NCBI GenBank assembly: GCA_949358305.1
Contig: OX442314.1
Location: 26,412,001 to 26,476,000, forward strand
DNA from: Strigamia acuminata
Lineage: Eukaryota
Reading direction: 5' to 3'
Length of the DNA stretch: 64,000 bases
The position numbers were made by a program, and so were the translations under genes. A model generated the notes under the pieces. The model saw only the letters and a program-made list of their open reading frames with translations, searched no databases and was not told the DNA's origin. This document shows, one piece after another, positions 59,793 to 64,000 of this stretch (position 1 is its first letter; the number at the start of each line of letters is the position of its first letter).

Positions 59793-62700
59793 CTACAAAA
59801 TATAATTAAAAAAAACATTATGAAAATGAAAAATTATCTTTTTAATGTATAAATCTGCATTAACAGTGACAAGAATCTTTTTAAAAAACCCAAAATGAAA
59901 CAAAAATGGATATTTTTGGTCCACAAAATGGTTCTTTTTTGGCCGAAATGGAACAAAAATGGACATTTTTGGCCCAAAATGCAACAAAAATGGACATTTT
60001 TGGCCCAAAATGCAACAAAAATAGACATTTTTGACCCAAAATTGAACAAAAATGGACATTTTTGACCCAAAAATAAACCAAAATGACTTTTGTATGTAAA
60101 ATAAATGAAATAATTGTCACTTAGTGCGATTAATTCTCACATTGATCATCCTCTACTTCCCGAATCAGCTTTTCCAAGTCGGAAAACTCGTACAAAACAC
60201 TGCACACATCCTCTAACGAATCTTCTTCCATCTTGTCCATCTTTTCAGCCTTTTCCCTATTTTCCCGCCTCAATTTCCCTTCCTTCAAGATGTATTCTAT
60301 CTTAAACTTACAGGTATCGCACCTAAAACCAAACATCAATTCAAAACCAACACATAATTAAAAATTCCTCGACTTACACTTCCAGGTAAAACGAATATTT
60401 TTCGTTCAGAACTTTCTGCAGCAGAAGATTCGTGGGTCGCGTGCTCACCGCCTGCGACGACATCGAGGCGGTGTGAGCAACGAGCATCGACGAAATCCAT
60501 TTAATACACAATCCCAAGTTTTGGCTCTTTTCCAAATACGACGCGAGGAATTTCAAAAACCGTTCCACGTATTTCACATCCAGAGACTGAGCATAGAACG
60601 GAACTAAAAACATACAAAATATAAACAAAAACTTTTCAATTCAATTTATATTTCTTCTTACTTTTATCCCCTGAAATTCTCTCGACAACTTCGACTATCA
60701 AATCCATTTCGTTTAACCGCAAAGCGTGAGTAATTGCGGTCGAAAAATCCCCCGTTGTTATTTTGTCTCGAATAGTGGCCGGGGTGATGTCAATTTCGAG
60801 TTCGAATGGATTAAAAACGTATGCGTCGTCCAGGGAATAGATCAAAAGTCCTTCGGTCGTCGTTGCCGCCCAACTGCGGCCTAAAAAACACGCAAAATTC
60901 GTTTAAAATATTTGAAAAAAAAAAAAATTAAATTTTCGTTTTTGTTAATATTCACCTGTCGGGGAGAATATTATACAGTTAACACGAACTTCCGGTTTAA
61001 ATGTACGGGAAGCCATGTCCCCTTTCGTGGCGCCAGGAAGCGTTAGAGCCGCGGGTTCGTCGTCGTCCGCGTCGTCACGTTTCTCCACGAGATTTAAATT
61101 CCCAAATTCCGCCATTTTTTTCCTCCGGATGAAATCCTAAACGACATTTAAAGGATTTAAATAAAATTCTCGTCAATCGAATCATCAATTCCTCACGTCC
61201 ATCCCATCGAACGAATGATTTTGCGAAATCTCGAATTTTTTAATCAAAATTTTGTCCGCGCAGCTGTAAATGCAAACGTTCTTCGATTGACCGGCCGCTA
61301 GAATGACCCCTCCGTCCGCCGAATAACAAATCGTAGAAAAAGCTCTGCAAAAAAATAATAAAAATTTAACAAAACAGACAAATAATAAATAAATGAAATA
61401 AAAATTTCTTACTTTCCCTTGAGAACTTTTTTCGGCGTAATTAAATCGGTGTCTCGTCTTCCACTACTTAGATCGTTGCGTCCTTCTATACTTCCGGTTT
61501 GATCGAGCGTTGGGATTTCGAAGAAGGTTATTTGCGCATCCAACGACGCTACGGCCAATTCTTTGCCGTCGGGCCGATACGCAACGGCGAGCACTGCAAA
61601 GATATTAAATGAATTATTTGAAATTTGATATAAAATTGTTAATAAATAATTTAATTGTACCGTCGGAAGTCATTGTGATAATTTCGCGGTTAGCTTTGTT
61701 CTCAAAGACATCCCAAAAGCGAACCGTTTTGTCCCAGGAACCGCTCGCCAGAACCGTTTGCGTCTGGCTGAACGCTAAACTGCTCACGGGACCCGAATGG
61801 CCGCTTAGAATCTGTCGTAAGTGAGGGAATTAGTTTTCTTAATTCAAAATTTATTTATTTTAAATAAATTACCTCCAACAAACGGCCATTTTTGACGGAC
61901 CACACAAATATTTCAAAACTGTCTTGCGCTCCTGCGCACACAAATTCGCCGCTGGAATCTATTGCGACGCACGAAAATTGCGTTATGTTTGATTCGTTCA
62001 TAAACGTACGAAAATTACGATATCTTAAATAAATAATTAATAAAAGTAAGTCAATTTTCATTAATTGTGTTTAAAATTGTATAATTTTGTGTAAAATTGT
62101 ATATTTTTGTCTATAATTTTATATTTTTGGTAAAATTGTATATTTTTTGTGCGTTTTCGACTACAAACTGCATTTTTAGCTTATAAAAAGCCTTTATGAG
62201 GTTATAAGCTGCATTTTCGTGATTAAAAACTGCATTTTCGTGATTAAAAACTGCATTTTCGTGATTAAAAACTGCATTTTCGTGATTAAAAACTGCATTT
62301 TCGTGATTAAAAACTGCATTTTCGTGATTAAAAACTGCATTTTCGTGATTAAAAACTGCATTTTCGTGATTAAAAACTGCATTTTCGTGATTAAAAACTG
62401 CATTTTCGTGATTAAAAACTGCATTTTCGTGATTAAAAACTGCATTTTCGTGATTAAAAACTGCATTTTCGTGATTAAAAACTGCATTTTCGTGATTAAA
62501 AACTGCATTTTCGTGATTAAAAACTGCATTTTCGTGATTAAAAACTGCATTTTCGTGATTAAAAACTGCATTTTCGTGATTAAAAACTGCATTTTCTTGC
62601 TTAAAAACTGCATTTTCGAGCTTAAAAATAATCTTTCGAGGATAAAAGTTATATTTTTAAGCATAAAGTTGCATTTTCGTGCTTAAAACCGACTTTTTAA

Positions 62701-64000
62701 GACATAAAATATATTTTCTCCGTAAAATTAACATTCCATTTTCCGACCCAAACGTACACACCTTTCAAAGTCAAACGCGCGTACAGTTCCATCCAAAGAA
62801 GACGACACAAGAAACTTGCCACTTTTACTAAAAGCAATCCCCGTGATGCTCGCCGCGTGTTCCGAAAACGTTTTAAAACACAATCCCGATGTCGTATCCC
62901 ACAATTTGACTTTGCTGTCGTCCCCGCCCGTCGCCAACCGCAGACCGTTGGGCGAATACGCCACACACCGCATGCAATTAACGTGTCCCTGTTGATTCAT
63001 CACGTACGACTCGCTCTGCCACTCCCAAACAACTAGTTGACCCAGAGTGGGACAAGCCAACGCGATCCAATCGCCGCTATTATTAATACAAATACTCGAG
63101 ATCATCAATTGATCTTCAATGCTAAAAAAAAAAATTAAAATTAAAAATTAATTTTCTTAAATGATAATCAAATTTCGCACCAGAACGCATAAAGTAATTT
63201 CACTTCCGGCATTTCGTGAAGGAAAAACGAGCCGTTTGAGAAGCCGCAAACGAGAATGTCCATCTTCTTGCTGTAATCGACGGCCGATAAATGAATATTC
63301 GCTCCTTGTTTACGGACCAAATCGCCCAAATAATGGCGCGCTTTTCTCTTGTAATTCACGTTTTCTATTTCGAATTCTTTGCCGTTGTTCTGGCTCAACT
63401 GCTCCTTGGTTTTCATTATCAATCCTTTGAAACCAGCGCTGCAAACCCACACGCACACTTGTCCGTTGCGACTGATGCTGTAGACCTGCAATTTAAAACA
63501 ATGTTTTTCTAATGGTAAGGACTGAATTTGGTGATTCTACGTACGTCCATTGAGTTTTTCTTAAAGAAACAACCCTTGATCGAGTCGGTGTGGCCGGCGA
63601 GAGTGATGCAAAGTGGGAAATTGATAAATTTCTCGATGGAATAAACTCGCGAAGTCATGTTTTTCGATCCGACGGCTAAAAACCTGATTTTAATCAATGT
63701 TAATTAATAATCAATGGATTTTTTCAATTTTAGATTTATTCGATTTACCTGGAGTCTGATGACCAATCGAGACTCACGGTGTCGTCGTAAAAGTCTTTGA
63801 TGATTCTATCTATTGTGAAATGCCCGTGGATATTGGGCGCTTTAAATACGGTCACGAAACTGTCTTTGGTAACTGCGTAGTACCTACGGATGAAAATAAA
63901 ATATTATGAAGGAATTTTATATATATTTATTAATTTCGCACCTTCCATCAGGACTGAATTGAATCGCGCGGATTTTCTTATTGAATCTGTGCGTGCCAAC
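59393..64000 (-). CDS. PWP2: PWP2/UTP1 (UTP-B subunit), multi-exon, 5' end outside window; probably extended by the Utp21 C-terminal domain
   Basis: GQLVVWEWQSESYVMNQQGH; ATGGDDSKVKLWD; SLDGTVRAFD..RYRNFRTF; SGSWDKTVR; IEGRNDL; FNPFELEIDITP; ALRLNE. The PWP2-homologous part ends in exon 60322-60141. Confidence 0.93.
59885..60085. repeat. Intronic ~31-bp minisatellite
   Basis: caaaaatggacatttttggcccaaaatgcaa, ~6 imperfect copies. Confidence 0.9.
62209..62595. repeat. Intronic perfect 21-bp tandem repeat
   Basis: ctgcattttcgtgattaaaaa, ~18 copies. Confidence 0.97.

Overview
AT-rich, intron-containing animal (invertebrate-like) genomic DNA. The left ~39 kb is a TE-rich region with two tandem, decaying DEG/ENaC (pickpocket/ASIC-like) genes on the minus strand. 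Each appears to encode two channel subunits in one reading frame. One copy is split by a young, intact 14-kb Ty3/Gypsy LTR retrotransposon (243-14233), which has 1590-bp LTRs, a tRNA-Gln PBS, gag/-1 frameshift/pol, a non-env third ORF and a covarying RNA-hairpin array in U3. The other copy has a BEL/Pao element (31980-37930) in its first intron. The region also holds many MITEs and a LINE fragment. The right ~25 kb holds a CPLANE1/JBTS17-like gene (+) and two adjacent UTP-B ribosome-biogenesis genes (-), PWP2/UTP1 and WDR36/UTP21. The most striking observation is that WDR36 stops before its C-terminal domain, while that domain lies upstream of the WDR36 start and splices in frame onto the end of PWP2. 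This looks like a domain transfer between two subunits of the same complex. Homology calls rest on motif recognition from memory; no database searches were run.
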